From assembly GCA_964492745.1 (NCBI GenBank), contig CAZBLT010000008.1, positions 8,239-72,238 of the forward strand: 64,000 bases of DNA, given 5' to 3'. The translations under genes and the position numbers were made by a program. The notes beneath the pieces were generated by a model, which had not been told where the DNA came from, ran no database searches, and saw only the letters and a program-made list of their open reading frames with translations. Positions 7,120 through 18,213 of the stretch are shown piece by piece. This DNA comes from an uncultured Anaerolineaceae bacterium. GTDB lineage: Bacteria > Chloroflexota > Anaerolineae > Anaerolineales > E44-bin32. The first letter of the stretch is position 1. Each line of letters begins with the position of its first letter.

Positions 7120-8820
7120 ATGAGGATATCGGGAGCACAAGTGATCTGGGAAGTCCTGACCCGTGAAGGCGTGGAGGTCGTGTTTGGTTATCCAGGTGGT
7201 GCGATCCTGCCCACGTATGACGCCATGCTGGATTACCCTCTGCGGCACGTCCTCGCCCGGCACGAGCAGGGCGCGGCGCACATGGCCGACGGCTATGCGC
7301 GGGCGTCGGGCAGAGTCGGTGTCGCCATGGCCACCTCTGGCCCGGGCGCCACCAACCTGGTCACCGGCATTGCCACAGCGATGATGGATTCGTCCCCGAT
7401 CATCTGCATCACGGGGCAGGTTCCCGCCGCGGCCATCGGCAGCGATGCCTTCCAGGAGACGGATGTGACCGGCGTGACGCTGCCGATCACAAAGCATAAC
7501 TACCTCGTCACGCGCGGGGAGGAGATCGCGCCGGCCCTGCGCGAGGCATTCTACGTGGCCCGCACGGGCCGTCCGGGCCCCGTGCTGGTGGATATCACCA
7601 AGGACGCTCAGATGCAGACGGTGGACTTCGACTGGGATGACGGCCCCGTCCGGCTGCCGGGCTACCGGCCGGATCTGCGTGCCCGGCCGGAGGCGCTCGA
7701 TCGCGCCTTAGGACTGATCGAGAGCGCTGAGCGGCCGCTCATCCTGGCCGGACACGGGGTGATTATGTCGGGCGCGATGGACGAATTGCTCGAGTTCGTC
7801 GGCGTGACGCGTATCCCCGTCGCCGTGACGCTGCTCGGGATCGGGGCAATCCCCGCAAGCCACCCGCTGAACCTGGGGATGATGGGCATGCACGGCGAGG
7901 CGTGGGTCAATAAGGCCATCCAGGAGGCCGACCTCCTGCTGGCGTTCGGGATGCGCTTCGACGATCGCGTCACCGGAAATCTCGCGACCTACGCTCCTCA
8001 TGCCAGCAAGGTGCATGTTGACATCGATCCTTCCGAGATCGATAAGGTCGTTAAGGTCGATGTGGGCATTATCGGCGATCTAAAGCAGATCTTGCGGCAG
8101 TTTCTGCCGCGCCTGGACCCGAAACCCCGCGACGGGTGGCTGGCCCGCATCGAGGAGCTCAAGCGGGACTCCGCCGACCGCGATATCCAGAATTGGCCTG
8201 ATGATGGCCGGCTCTACGCCGCACACGTGATCCACGATATCTGGCGCCTCGCCCGGGGGCAGGCGACGATCGTGACCGACGTCGGCCAGCACCAGATGTG
8301 GCAGGCCCAGTACTACCGGCACGAGGAGCCCTACCGTCTGATCACTTCCGGCGGCCTGGGCACGATGGGTTTCGGGCTTCCGGCTGCCATAGGGGCTTGG
8401 TTCGCCCGGCCCGGGGAGCAGATATGGGCTATTGTGGGCGACGGCGGGTTCCAGATGACGGCTGCGGAACTGTCCACCTGCGTTCAGGAGAGCGTCAAGA
8501 TCAACGTCGCCGTCATCAACAACGGCTATTTGGGCATGGTGCGCCAATGGCAGGAGTTCTTCTACGAGCGCCGCTATGCCGCCACGCCGATCCGCAGCCC
8601 CGATTTCGTAAAGCTGGCCGAAGCGCATGGCCTGACTGGCCTGCGAGTCGAGAGCAGGGGCGATGTGGAGGCAGCCGTCAGGCGCGCACACCGGGAGCCG
8701 GGTGGCGTGGTGATTGATTTTCGCGTCGAGGGGGAAGACTGCGTCTATCCGATGGTGCCTGCGGGCGCCGACCTCGACACCATGATCCGTCGCCCCAAGC
8801 CCATTCCTGAACGTCACTGA
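7120..8820 (+). CDS. ilvB: acetolactate synthase large subunit
   Basis: ThDP enzyme motifs (GYPGGAILPTYDA, GGLGTMGFGLPAAIGA, GDGGFQM). AGGAGGAG lies upstream of the ATG. Confidence 0.95.
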   Translation: MRISGAQVIWEVLTREGVEVVFGYPGGAILPTYDAMLDYPLRHVLARHEQGAAHMADGYARASGRVGVAMATSGPGATNLVTGIATAMMDSSPIICITGQVPAAAIGSDAFQETDVTGVTLPITKHNYLVTRGEEIAPALREAFYVARTGRPGPVLVDITKDAQMQTVDFDWDDGPVRLPGYRPDLRARPEALDRALGLIESAERPLILAGHGVIMSGAMDELLEFVGVTRIPVAVTLLGIGAIPASHPLNLGMMGMHGEAWVNKAIQEADLLLAFGMRFDDRVTGNLATYAPHASKVHVDIDPSEIDKVVKVDVGIIGDLKQILRQFLPRLDPKPRDGWLARIEELKRDSADRDIQNWPDDGRLYAAHVIHDIWRLARGQATIVTDVGQHQMWQAQYYRHEEPYRLITSGGLGTMGFGLPAAIGAWFARPGEQIWAIVGDGGFQMTAAELSTCVQESVKINVAVINNGYLGMVRQWQEFFYERRYAATPIRSPDFVKLAEAHGLTGLRVESRGDVEAAVRRAHREPGGVVIDFRVEGEDCVYPMVPAGADLDTMIRRPKPIPERH

Positions 8821-8838
8821 GGCATAGGAGGCAGAGCC

Positions 8839-9402
8839 ATGACCAGCCGCCCATTTGCGGAGCCGAGCAAGCACACCCTTGTGGTCTACGTCGAAGACAA
8901 GCCCGGCGTTCTCAACCGGGTGGCCTCCCTCTTCCGGCGCCGGGCCTTCAACATCGATTCCCTCTCGGTGGGTCCCACAGAGCAGCCGGGGGTGTCCCGC
9001 ATGACGATCGTCGTGCAAGCCGATGACGCCACCGCCCGCCGGGTGGAGGCCAACCTATACAAGCTGGTCAACGTGCTCCGCGTGGAGGACGTGACCTTCC
9101 GCCCCGCGGTGATGCGCGATCTGGCCCTGATCAAGGTGCGAGCCGGTCGGGAGGCGCGCGCCCAGATCTTGCAGTTGTGCGAGGTTTTCCGGGCCAAGGC
9201 CCTGGACGTGGCGCCGGATACGCTGATCGTGGAGATCACCGGCACGGAGGATAAGATCGAGGGGCTGTTGGAAGTGCTCCGTCCATTTGGCATCGTCGAG
9301 ATGGCGCGCACGGGAAGGGTCGCCATGACGCGCGGGCCCCAGACAGTAACCCCGAACCCCGAGTTCGTCTCGGCACTCCTCCCAAATGAGGCAAGGGGCT
9401 GA
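8839..9402 (+). CDS. ilvN: acetolactate synthase small (regulatory) subunit
   Basis: ACT-domain N-terminus HTLVVYVEDKPGVLNRVASLFRRRAFNIDSLSVG. Sits immediately after ilvB. Confidence 0.9.
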   Translation: MTSRPFAEPSKHTLVVYVEDKPGVLNRVASLFRRRAFNIDSLSVGPTEQPGVSRMTIVVQADDATARRVEANLYKLVNVLRVEDVTFRPAVMRDLALIKVRAGREARAQILQLCEVFRAKALDVAPDTLIVEITGTEDKIEGLLEVLRPFGIVEMARTGRVAMTRGPQTVTPNPEFVSALLPNEARG

Positions 9403-9451
9403 GATCAACAGCATCCGATAGATGAGCGAATCCATAGGGGAGACGATACCC

Positions 9452-10486
9452 ATGGCTATTATGTACTACGAGCAAGATGCTGATCTGGAACTCATCCGCT
9501 CCAAGAGAGTGGCGGTCATCGGCTATGGCTCCCAGGGCCACGCGCAAGCGCTCAACCTGCAGGACAGCGGCGTGGAGGTGTGGGTGGGATTGCGGCCGGG
9601 CAGCCCGAGCCGCCAGCGGGCCCAGGATGCGGGTCTCTTGGTGGCTGAGATCCCTGCCGCGGCTGACTGGGCAGATGTGATCACCCTGCTCGTGCCCGAC
9701 ACGGCCCAGCCGGCCATCTATGCTGAACACATAGCCCCGGCCATGAAGCGCGGCAAGACGCTGATGTTCAGCCATGGCTTCAACATCCGTTTCGGGACCA
9801 TCCAGCCGCCCGCCGATGTGGACGTGAGCATGGTGGCGCCCAAGGCCCCCGGCCACCGGGTGCGCGAGACATTTCTGGACGGGGAGGGCACGCCTGCCCT
9901 GGTGGCCGTGCATCAGGATGCCAGCGGGCAGGCGCTGGCGCTGGCGCTCTCCTACAGCAAGGCGCTGGGGGCCACGCGCGCCGGGGTGATCGAGACCAGT
10001 TTTGCGGAGGAGACCGAGACCGATCTCTTCGGAGAACAGGCCGTGCTCTGCGGTGGGGTGAGCGCGCTGGTGGAAGCAGCTTTTGAGACCCTCGTGAAAG
10101 CCGGCTATCAGCCCGAGATCGCCTACTTCGAGTGCCTGCATGAACTCAAACTGATCGTCGATCTGATGTATCGCGGCGGCCTGAATTACATGCGCTATTC
10201 CGTTAGCGACACGGCTGAGCATGGCGATTACACGGGCGGCCCGCGGCTGATCACCGAGGAGACCATGGGTGAGATGCGGCAGATGCTCGCCGAAATTCAG
10301 GATGGCACCTATGCCCGCAAGTGGATCGAAGAGAATCGGAATGGCCGGCCATGGTTCAACGAGCAGCGGCGCAAGAAGCAAGAGTTGCTGATCGAACGAG
10401 TGGGAGCAAAACTGCGCAGCAAGATGCCGTTCCTCAACCCGGTCACGATCAGGCCCGGCGGCCAGCCCTCGGGGAGCGAAGGATGA
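9452..10486 (+). CDS. ilvC: ketol-acid reductoisomerase
   Basis: [36 protein letters not shown]. Track ORF trimmed to ATG 9452, which has AGGGGAG upstream. Confidence 0.95.
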   Translation: MAIMYYEQDADLELIRSKRVAVIGYGSQGHAQALNLQDSGVEVWVGLRPGSPSRQRAQDAGLLVAEIPAAADWADVITLLVPDTAQPAIYAEHIAPAMKRGKTLMFSHGFNIRFGTIQPPADVDVSMVAPKAPGHRVRETFLDGEGTPALVAVHQDASGQALALALSYSKALGATRAGVIETSFAEETETDLFGEQAVLCGGVSALVEAAFETLVKAGYQPEIAYFECLHELKLIVDLMYRGGLNYMRYSVSDTAEHGDYTGGPRLITEETMGEMRQMLAEIQDGTYARKWIEENRNGRPWFNEQRRKKQELLIERVGAKLRSKMPFLNPVTIRPGGQPSGSEG

Positions 10487-12174
10487 GGGAGGCGAGTCTC
10501 AACCAGGTGTTCATCTTCGATACCACCCTGCGGGACGGTGAGCAATCGCCCGGCGCCTCGCTGACATCGACCGAGAAGCTGGAGGTTGCCCGCGGCCTGT
10601 CGAGATTGGGCGCCGACGTCATCGAAGCGGGGTTCCCCGCCTCTTCCCCGGACGAACTGCACGCTGTGCAGAAGATCGCCGAAGAGGTGGGCAATCGGCC
10701 TGCCGGTGCGCCGGAGGATTCACGGCTGCCGCCGGTGATCTGCGGCTTGGCGAGGGCCGTTGCCGAGGATATTGAGAAGGCCTGGGAGGCCGTGCGTGCA
10801 GCCGCCAGGCCCCGCATCCACACCTTCATCGCCACTTCGGACATCCACCTGAAACACAAGCTTCGCATGACCCGTGAGCAGGTGCTACAGCACGTCCACG
10901 ATATGGTGGCGTTCGCACGCGCTCTCTGCGAGGATGTCGAGTTCAGCGCAGAAGACGCCAGCCGCAGTGATATCCCCTTCCTATGTGCCGTCTTGGAGAC
11001 CGCGATCCACGCCGGCGCCACCACAGTAAACATCCCCGACACCGTCGGTTACGCCATGCCCGGCGAATTCGAGGCCCTGCTTCGTGAGATCCGGGCCAGC
11101 GTCGCAGGTATCGAGAAGGTTGTCCTGTCTGTGCATTGCCACGACGACCTCGGCCTGGCGACGGCAAACACGCTTGCCGGCATCCGGGCCGGCGCGCGCC
11201 AGGCGGAGGTCACCGTAAATGGCATCGGCGAGCGCGCCGGTAACACCTCCCTGGAGGAGGTGGTGATGGCCATCCACACGCGCCGCGATTTATTCGGCCT
11301 TTCCACCAGCGTCGATACGACCCAGATCAGCCGTGTGAGCAGATTGGTGAGCCACCACACTGGCATCGTTGTGCCGCCGAACAAGGCCATTGTGGGTGCG
11401 AACGCGTTCGCGCACGAGGCCGGAATCCACCAGGATGGGATGCTGAAGAACCATCAGACCTACGAGATCATGCGGCCGGAGTCGATCGGCCTGAGCCAGA
11501 GCCGTCTGGTGCTGGGGAAGCATTCAGGGCGCCATGGTTTCCAAACCCGCCTGCGAGACCTCGGCTACGAGCTGGGGGATGAGGAACTGCTGCGAGCGTT
11601 CGAGCGCTTCAAGGCTCTGGCTGATAAGAAGAAGATCATCACCGACGCCGATCTGGAGGCGCTGATCGCCGACGAGCTCTACCAGCCCGAAGAGGTCTTC
11701 GCCCTGGAGGGACTGCAGGTTGCCTGCGGGACGATGGGCATGCCAACGGCGACCATCAGGCTGCGTGGGCCAGAAGGCGCAGTGCGAGTGCACGCCGCCG
11801 TGGGAACTGGCCCGATCGACGCCGCCTTCAAGGCGATCGATGAGATCATCCGTGCCCCCAACCGGCTGCTGGAGTTCTCCGTGCACGCCGTGACCGAGGG
11901 CATCGACGCTCAAGGGGCCGTGACCGTGCGTATCCAGGACGCGCAGATGGAGGCGATCTCGGAAGGCCTGCCTGACGCCGGAGATCCGCGCACGTACACA
12001 GGTTACGGCGCCGATACGGACATCATCGTCGCCAGCGTGAAAGCTTTCCTGTCGGCGATGAACAAATTGCTAATCGCCAGAGCGGGCGCCCGGCGGCTGG
12101 AATGGTTCACAAACGGGATGCGATCGTCCGCGCCGCAGCCATTCGGCGAAAGCCAGGATAGGCCAGAAGCGTAG
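10483..12174 (+). CDS. leuA: 2-isopropylmalate synthase
   Basis: [19 protein letters not shown] and [16 protein letters not shown], plus a C-terminal LeuA regulatory domain. ATG 10483 overlaps the ilvC stop (ATGA). Confidence 0.9.
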   Translation: MREASLNQVFIFDTTLRDGEQSPGASLTSTEKLEVARGLSRLGADVIEAGFPASSPDELHAVQKIAEEVGNRPAGAPEDSRLPPVICGLARAVAEDIEKAWEAVRAAARPRIHTFIATSDIHLKHKLRMTREQVLQHVHDMVAFARALCEDVEFSAEDASRSDIPFLCAVLETAIHAGATTVNIPDTVGYAMPGEFEALLREIRASVAGIEKVVLSVHCHDDLGLATANTLAGIRAGARQAEVTVNGIGERAGNTSLEEVVMAIHTRRDLFGLSTSVDTTQISRVSRLVSHHTGIVVPPNKAIVGANAFAHEAGIHQDGMLKNHQTYEIMRPESIGLSQSRLVLGKHSGRHGFQTRLRDLGYELGDEELLRAFERFKALADKKKIITDADLEALIADELYQPEEVFALEGLQVACGTMGMPTATIRLRGPEGAVRVHAAVGTGPIDAAFKAIDEIIRAPNRLLEFSVHAVTEGIDAQGAVTVRIQDAQMEAISEGLPDAGDPRTYTGYGADTDIIVASVKAFLSAMNKLLIARAGARRLEWFTNGMRSSAPQPFGESQDRPEA

Positions 12175-12201
12175 GCCCGGCGTTCAGCAGCGAAGGTAAT
12201 C

Positions 12202-13617
12202 GTGGCCATGAGCAAGCCGAAGACCATGCTCACAAAGATCTGGGAGGCACACATCGTGGCAGAGGAGTCAGGGTGCCCTTCGATTCTCTACATTGACCTT
12301 CATCTGCTTCACGAGGTGACCTCCCCACAGGCCTTCTCCGGATTGCGCTCGCGCGGTATGGCCGTGCGCCGGCCGGAGAAGACCGTAGCGACGATGGACC
12401 ATTCCATCCCCACGGACGGCCGCCCCCGCAGCGCCCTTCCGGCGGAGGCCGCTGCACAGCTGCGGAGGCTGGAGGAGAATTGCCGGGATTTCGGCATCGA
12501 GCTCTACGGCTGGGATTCGCCCAAGCAAGGGATTGTTCACGTGATTGTCCCCGAGCTGGGTCTCACACAGCCGGGCATGACGATCGTCTGCGGTGATAGT
12601 CATACCTCGACCCACGGCGCATTCGGCGCACTGGCCTTCGGCATCGGAACGAGCGAGGTCGAACATGTGCTCGCAACCCAGTGCTTGCTTCAGTCCAAAC
12701 CCCATTCGTTTGAGGTCCGCATCGAGGGAAGGTTGCCCGCGGGAGTCACGGCCAAAGACGTCATCCTGGCCTTGATCGCCGAGATCGGCGTAGGGGGAGC
12801 AGAGGGGCACGTCTTCGAGTACACAGGATCGACGATCCGTGGGCTGGATATGGAAGCTCGCATGACGATCTGCAATATGTCCATCGAGGCCGGCGCACGC
12901 GCAGGGATGATCGCGCCAGATGACACCACGTTTGATTATTTGGCCGGACGCGAGCACGCCCCAAAAGGGGAGGCATGGGAGATGGCGCTGGAGGCCTGGC
13001 GGCGGCTGCCTGGCGATGAGGGCGCCGAACATGAGCGTTCTGTCACGCTGGACGCCTCCCAATTGGCGCCGATGATCACCTATGGAACCAACCCTGGCCT
13101 GGCGATGCCCATCACACAGTCCATCCCCGATCCCGCCAAGGTAGGCCAGCCGTCTCATCGCGCCGCCCTGACCAGCGCTCTGGACTATATGGGCTTGGCG
13201 CCAGGTCAGAAGCTGCTGGGCCACAAAGTCGACGTGGTCTTCATCGGCTCGTGCACCAACGGGCGCATCTCAGATCTGCGTCAAGCCGCCAGAGTCCTTC
13301 GAGACCGAAAAGTTGCGCCGGGCGTTCGGGCCCTGGTGGTCCCCGGCTCGCAGATCGTAATGCGGCAAGCGGAGGCAGAGGGGCTGGACCGTATCTTCCA
13401 GGAGTCCGGGGCGGAGTGGCGCCAGCCGGGGTGCTCAATGTGTATCGCTATGAACGGCGATAGCTTGCGGCCTGGCGAGTACGCTGTGAGCACTTCCAAT
13501 CGCAACTTCGAGGGCCGCCAGGGCAAGGGAGGGCGCACCTTTCTGGCCTCACCGCTCACCGCCGCCGCGGCCGCAGTCGCCGGCGAGATCACGGACGTCC
13601 GAAAGATGCTCAGCTAA
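12202..13617 (+). CDS. leuC: 3-isopropylmalate dehydratase large subunit
   Basis: Aconitase-family motifs ([44 protein letters not shown]). Start is GTG 12202 or ATG 12208. Confidence 0.95.
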   Translation: MAMSKPKTMLTKIWEAHIVAEESGCPSILYIDLHLLHEVTSPQAFSGLRSRGMAVRRPEKTVATMDHSIPTDGRPRSALPAEAAAQLRRLEENCRDFGIELYGWDSPKQGIVHVIVPELGLTQPGMTIVCGDSHTSTHGAFGALAFGIGTSEVEHVLATQCLLQSKPHSFEVRIEGRLPAGVTAKDVILALIAEIGVGGAEGHVFEYTGSTIRGLDMEARMTICNMSIEAGARAGMIAPDDTTFDYLAGREHAPKGEAWEMALEAWRRLPGDEGAEHERSVTLDASQLAPMITYGTNPGLAMPITQSIPDPAKVGQPSHRAALTSALDYMGLAPGQKLLGHKVDVVFIGSCTNGRISDLRQAARVLRDRKVAPGVRALVVPGSQIVMRQAEAEGLDRIFQESGAEWRQPGCSMCIAMNGDSLRPGEYAVSTSNRNFEGRQGKGGRTFLASPLTAAAAAVAGEITDVRKMLS

Positions 13618-13632
13618 TATGCGAAGATGTGA

Positions 13633-14241
13633 ATGCGAGTGACCCCGTTGAGAGCTTTCGACACGCTGACCTCTCGCCTCGTGCTTCTGCCCATCGATGA
13701 CGTGGACACGGATCAGATCATCCCGGCTCGCTTCCTGACTGCGCTTGAACGGGATGGCCTGGGAAAATACCTGTTCGCCGACTGGCGCTCGATGCCGGAT
13801 GGCTCGCCGAACCTCGAGTTCGTTCTCGACCGGCCGGAAGTCAAAGGGGCCAGTATCCTCCTTGCCGGGGCTAATTTCGGCTGTGGGTCCTCTCGCGAAC
13901 ACGCCGTCTGGGCGCTGATGGATTGGGGCGTGCGGGCGGTTGTGGCGATCTCCTTCGCCGATATCTTTCGCGGCAACGCCCTAAAGAACGGCCTGCTGAC
14001 CGTCGAGCTCGAGGCCGAGGCCCACACCGAATTGCTTCGCGTCGCTCGCAAAGATCCCTTAATCGAGTTGACAATCGATCTGCCTACGCAGGTCGTGATA
14101 CTGCCCAACGGACGCAAGTTTGGTTTCCCCATCGATCCCTTCGACAAGCGCTGCCTGCTGGAGGGTATCGATACGCTCGGGTATCTGCTCTCCTTCTCAG
14201 CGGAGATATCGGCCTATGAGAGGCGATGTGAACAGTCATGA
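13633..14241 (+). CDS. leuD: 3-isopropylmalate dehydratase small subunit
   Basis: DVDTDQIIPARFL and GANFGCGSSREHAVWAL. Confidence 0.9.
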   Translation: MRVTPLRAFDTLTSRLVLLPIDDVDTDQIIPARFLTALERDGLGKYLFADWRSMPDGSPNLEFVLDRPEVKGASILLAGANFGCGSSREHAVWALMDWGVRAVVAISFADIFRGNALKNGLLTVELEAEAHTELLRVARKDPLIELTIDLPTQVVILPNGRKFGFPIDPFDKRCLLEGIDTLGYLLSFSAEISAYERRCEQS

Positions 14242-15676
14242 GCTGATCCATATATATGACACGACGCTGCGGGACGGTGCGCAGCGTGAGGGCATCTCGT
14301 TCTCCTGCGAGGACAAACTCCGTGTGGCACGCTGCTTGGACAAGTTGGGCGTTGTCTTCATCGAGGGCGGGTGGCCGGGTTCGAACCCCAAGGACGCTGA
14401 GTTCTTCGAGCGTGCAAGGGCGATCCCATGGCGGGAGGCGACGATCGTCGCCTTCGGCTCTACCCGGCGTCCGAACATCCCGCCCGAGCAGGACGTCAAC
14501 CTGCTCGCTCTGCTGGATGCCGGGACGCAGGTGTGCACCCTGGTGGGGAAGAGTTCGCCGATGCACGTGCTTGAGGTGCTGCGCGCCACGCTGGACGAGA
14601 ACCTACGCATGATCGAGGACAGCGTGGGCTTTCTGCGATCTAAGGGTCGCAGGGTGATCTATGATGCAGAACACTTCTTCGATGGCTACAGGAGCGACCC
14701 TGACTATGCCATGGAAACGCTCAGCGCCGCGGCACGAGGTGGTGCGAAGACCATTGTGCTCTGTGATACGAACGGAGGCATGATGCCCTGGGAGATCCAT
14801 GCCATCGTGCGGGAGGTGAGCAAGAGGCTCGATCTGCCCCTCGGCATCCACGCTCACGACGACGCGGCGTGCGGCGTGGCCAACAGCCTCGCGGCGGTGC
14901 TGGCTGGGGCGGTTCAGGTGCAGGGTACGATCAATGGCTACGGCGAGCGCTGTGGGAATGCCAACCTGTGCGCAGTGATCCCCAGCCTGGAGTTGAAGCT
15001 TGGGTTCCGGGCCCTCCCGGAAGGCAGACTCAAGCGGCTGAGGCAAGTAGGGCGCTTTGTGGCGGAGATTGCCAACATCGCCCCCGATGAACACATGCCT
15101 TACGTGGGTAGCAGCGCCTTCTCCCATAAGGGCGGGCTCCACGTGGCCGCCATGCGCCGCAACGCGCATTCATATCAGCATGTTGATCCTGCCGCGGTTG
15201 GGAACGAGACGCGTGTCACCGTGAGTGAGCTCTCCGGCCGGGCGAACCTGCTCAGCAAGATCGAAGAATACGGGCTCGCTTCCATGGATGCCTACACCGC
15301 ATCGGAGATACTCCGCGAGCTCAAGGAGCTTGAGGCCAAGGGGTTCTCTTTTGAAGCCGCCGATGCTTCCGTTGCGATGATGATCCAGCGCCGGGCACCT
15401 TCCTATGAGCCACCCTTTGAGCTCATCGACTACGTCGTGATGGTCGAACACCGTCAGCGACGAGAGACCTTCGCCGAAGCAACGGTTAAGCTCTCTGTAA
15501 GGGGTGAGGTTCTGCACACTGCGGCCGAGGGCAACGGTCCCGTCCACGCGCTGGACGCCGCCTTGCGAAAGGCGTTATCGCCGATCTACCCGGCGATGCG
15601 CTCATTCCAACTTGTGGATTACAAGGTGCGTATCCTGGACGGCAGGCAGGGAACCGCCGCCATGACGAGGGTGTAA
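14216..15676 (+). CDS. cimA: (R)-citramalate synthase (LeuA family), ended prematurely by an in-frame TAA
   Basis: IHIYDTTLRDGAQREGISFSCEDKLRVARCLDKLGVVFIEGGWPGSNPKDAEFF is the CimA-type N-terminus. The ORF stops at TAA 15674-15676, but the same frame continues with a homologous C-terminus to 15805. Confidence 0.8.
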   Translation: MRGDVNSHELIHIYDTTLRDGAQREGISFSCEDKLRVARCLDKLGVVFIEGGWPGSNPKDAEFFERARAIPWREATIVAFGSTRRPNIPPEQDVNLLALLDAGTQVCTLVGKSSPMHVLEVLRATLDENLRMIEDSVGFLRSKGRRVIYDAEHFFDGYRSDPDYAMETLSAAARGGAKTIVLCDTNGGMMPWEIHAIVREVSKRLDLPLGIHAHDDAACGVANSLAAVLAGAVQVQGTINGYGERCGNANLCAVIPSLELKLGFRALPEGRLKRLRQVGRFVAEIANIAPDEHMPYVGSSAFSHKGGLHVAAMRRNAHSYQHVDPAAVGNETRVTVSELSGRANLLSKIEEYGLASMDAYTASEILRELKELEAKGFSFEAADASVAMMIQRRAPSYEPPFELIDYVVMVEHRQRRETFAEATVKLSVRGEVLHTAAEGNGPVHALDAALRKALSPIYPAMRSFQLVDYKVRILDGRQGTAAMTRV

Positions 15677-15805
15677 ATCGACACTCGCGATGGCCGCCGG
15701 CGCTGGAGCACGGTGGGGGCCTCCACCAATATCATCGAGGCCTCCTGGTTGGCATTGGCAGATAGCATCGAGTACGGACTAGTGATCGAATGCGGGCGCC
15801 TATAG
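15677..15805 (+). other. in-frame continuation of cimA after the TAA (42 codons, C-terminal regulatory domain end)
   Basis: Translation [42 protein letters not shown] is in the same frame as cimA. The motif NIIEASW..AL.DSIEY is typical of LeuA/CimA C-termini. Confidence 0.75.
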
Positions 15806-15897
15806 CGGAGCGCGCGGGTTACATAGATTGCCACTGCCGAGGGGCTGTCTCTTCCGTTTGATCGATTCCGCGCCTGTGCAATGGGAGTTTGGAGAAG

Positions 15898-16968
15898 ATG
15901 CGAGCAAAGATCGTGCTTTTACCCGGAGATGGGATCGGAGCGGAAGTCATTGCGGAGGCCCGCTCCGTGCTAGAGACCGTGGCACGGCTGCACGGACACA
16001 ATTTCTCCTTCGAGGAGCACCTCATTGGGGGCTGCGCGATCGAGGCGTGCGGAAGTCCGCTGCCGGAGGAGACCCTCGCCGCGTGCCGGGCGGGAGAGGC
16101 GGTCTTGCTGGGGGCCGTCGGCGGGCCGCAGTGGGAGGATCCTCAGGCGGCTATGAGGCCGGAGCAGGGTCTGCTTGTCCTGCGGCGTGAACTGGGACTG
16201 TTCGCGAACCTGCGGCCGGTACGATCCATCCCGGCGCTTGAGAACGCCTCTCCGCTGCGTGGGGAGAAAGTGCGGGGGGTGGATATCATGATCGTGCGGG
16301 AGCTCACGGGTGGCCTCTACTTCGGCCGATCCGGAACGACCAGGCTCGCGGGCGGCAGCCTGCGCGCCTTCGATACACTCGAGTACACTGAGGCGGAGGT
16401 GAGGCGTGCGGTGCGCTTGGCCTTCCGGTTGGCGATACGCCGGCGAGGTCTGGTGACCTCGGTGGATAAGGCCAACGTGCTCGAGTCATCGCGATTGTGG
16501 CGGCGTGTGACGGAGGATGTTGCGGCGGAGTATCCCCAGGTGAGGTTGGAGCATCAGTTGGTGGATTCGGCCGCCATGCGGCTGATGCAAGCGGCCGCCA
16601 CTTATGATGTGCTGGTGATGGGCAACCTTTTCGGCGACATCCTGAGTGATGAGGCCTCGGCCCTGGCAGGCTCGTTGGGCATGCTTCCGAGCGCCTCCAT
16701 TGGGGAGGGTTCTCTCGGGGTTTATGAGCCCGTTCACGGCTCCGCGCCCGACATCGCCGGGAGGGGCATCTCAAACCCTATCGGGGCGATTCTAAGCGCC
16801 GCCATGCTGCTGCGCCATTCGCTGGCGCTGGAGGCTGAGGCTGAGCAGGTCGAACGCGCCGTGGAGAAGGCCCTTGAGGCAGGCGCTCGCACCGCCGACC
16901 TAGGGGGTGAGAAGATCATCAGCACCCGGGAGATGGGCCAGGCTATCCGGGCGCAGCTGGCGCCGTGA
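15898..16968 (+). CDS. leuB: 3-isopropylmalate dehydrogenase
   Basis: MRAKIVLLPGDGIGAEV... and NLFGDILSDEASALAGSLGMLPSAS. The track start at 15889 is TTG; ATG 15898 is preferred. Confidence 0.95.
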   Translation: MRAKIVLLPGDGIGAEVIAEARSVLETVARLHGHNFSFEEHLIGGCAIEACGSPLPEETLAACRAGEAVLLGAVGGPQWEDPQAAMRPEQGLLVLRRELGLFANLRPVRSIPALENASPLRGEKVRGVDIMIVRELTGGLYFGRSGTTRLAGGSLRAFDTLEYTEAEVRRAVRLAFRLAIRRRGLVTSVDKANVLESSRLWRRVTEDVAAEYPQVRLEHQLVDSAAMRLMQAAATYDVLVMGNLFGDILSDEASALAGSLGMLPSASIGEGSLGVYEPVHGSAPDIAGRGISNPIGAILSAAMLLRHSLALEAEAEQVERAVEKALEAGARTADLGGEKIISTREMGQAIRAQLAP

Positions 16969-17047
16969 CGGCACACCACCTCATGTCGCAGAGGGCCGCC
17001 GGCCTTCACCTTGATTGGTCAGTCTGGATCCCTGCAAAGGAGTGATC

Positions 17048-17983
17048 ATGAAAACGCAAGAACCCGTGATTTGGATGGACGGCCGGTTGGTGCCGGCCAG
17101 CCATGCTTCGGTTCCCTTTTTGGCGCCCGCTCTGCACTACGGGCTGGCCGTGTTCGAGGGCATCCGTTGTTACGAGACGAATGACGGCCCTTCCGTTTTT
17201 CGTCTGAGGGAGCATCTCGAGCGCTTCTTGAAGTCAGCGCACATCCTGGGCTTGAGGGAAGTACCCTATGACCTGCAGGCGCTGCGGGAGGCGGTTCACA
17301 CGGTGATCCGCGCCAATCGCTTGCGGTCCTGCTACATACGGCCGCTGATGTACATGGCCAGGGGGTCGCTGGGCCTGAACCTCGATGAAATGCAGCCGTC
17401 GGTAGGTATCGCGGTGTGGGAATGGGGTGCCTTCTTGGGCAAGGAGGCCATCGAGAAGGGCGCGCGCATGATCGTGTCCTCCTTCACCCGGCATCATCCG
17501 AACGTCTCGATGACCAAGGCGAAGATCTCGGGCAACTATGTCAACTCTGTGCTGGCCAAGACCTTCGCCATCCGAGCGGGTTTTGAGGAGGCGGTGATGC
17601 TCGACCCCAATGGTTACGTCTCGGAGTGCACGGGGGAGAACATCTTCTTGGTACGGGAGGGCAAGATCTACACGCCGCCGCGCGCCAGCATCCTGGAGGG
17701 CATCACGCGCGATTCGATCATCACACTCGCTCAAGACCTTAAATACCCAGTTATTGAGGAGCAGATCACCCGTGACCAACTCTACGCCGCGGATGAGGTG
17801 TTCGTTTCGGGCACGGCCGCGGAGTGCGTTGGAATCCGCGAGATTGATCACCGCCTTATCGGCCAGGGGCGCATCGGCCCCATCACACGCGAGATGCAGC
17901 GGGCCTTCTTCGAGACCGTGCGGGGTGAAGGCCCGCGTTCGAAGGCCTGGCTCGATCCGGTGGCGGTTTCCTCTGCGGAGTAG
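17048..17983 (+). CDS. ilvE: branched-chain amino acid aminotransferase
   Basis: Fold-type IV aminotransferase (IWMDGRLVP, HYGLAVFEGIRCY, EGITRDS). AAAGGAG lies before ATG 17048. Confidence 0.9.
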   Translation: MKTQEPVIWMDGRLVPASHASVPFLAPALHYGLAVFEGIRCYETNDGPSVFRLREHLERFLKSAHILGLREVPYDLQALREAVHTVIRANRLRSCYIRPLMYMARGSLGLNLDEMQPSVGIAVWEWGAFLGKEAIEKGARMIVSSFTRHHPNVSMTKAKISGNYVNSVLAKTFAIRAGFEEAVMLDPNGYVSECTGENIFLVREGKIYTPPRASILEGITRDSIITLAQDLKYPVIEEQITRDQLYAADEVFVSGTAAECVGIREIDHRLIGQGRIGPITREMQRAFFETVRGEGPRSKAWLDPVAVSSAE

Positions 17984-18123
17984 CGCGCTTGGGAGCCGCC
18001 AGAACCTATTCCTCGCGGCCGCCCTTTTTGAAGTATGAGAACTTCCCGACCGGCATTCGCCTATGTCCCCAGAATACCTGCGAGGAAACGAGGATTCCGG
18101 GGTACCCGCACTATCACAACCAC

Positions 18124-18213
18124 GCCCACACACCGCCCCGCACCGGCCTGCGCAGCCCCGCCGCCGAGATTCTCGACCAGGACTAGCCCCTGCATTGCCG
18201 GCTTTGACAGGCA
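18124..18213 (+). repeat. 90-bp dispersed repeat, copy B
   Basis: See copy A. Lies in the ilvE / MBL-hydrolase intergenic region. Confidence 0.85.
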
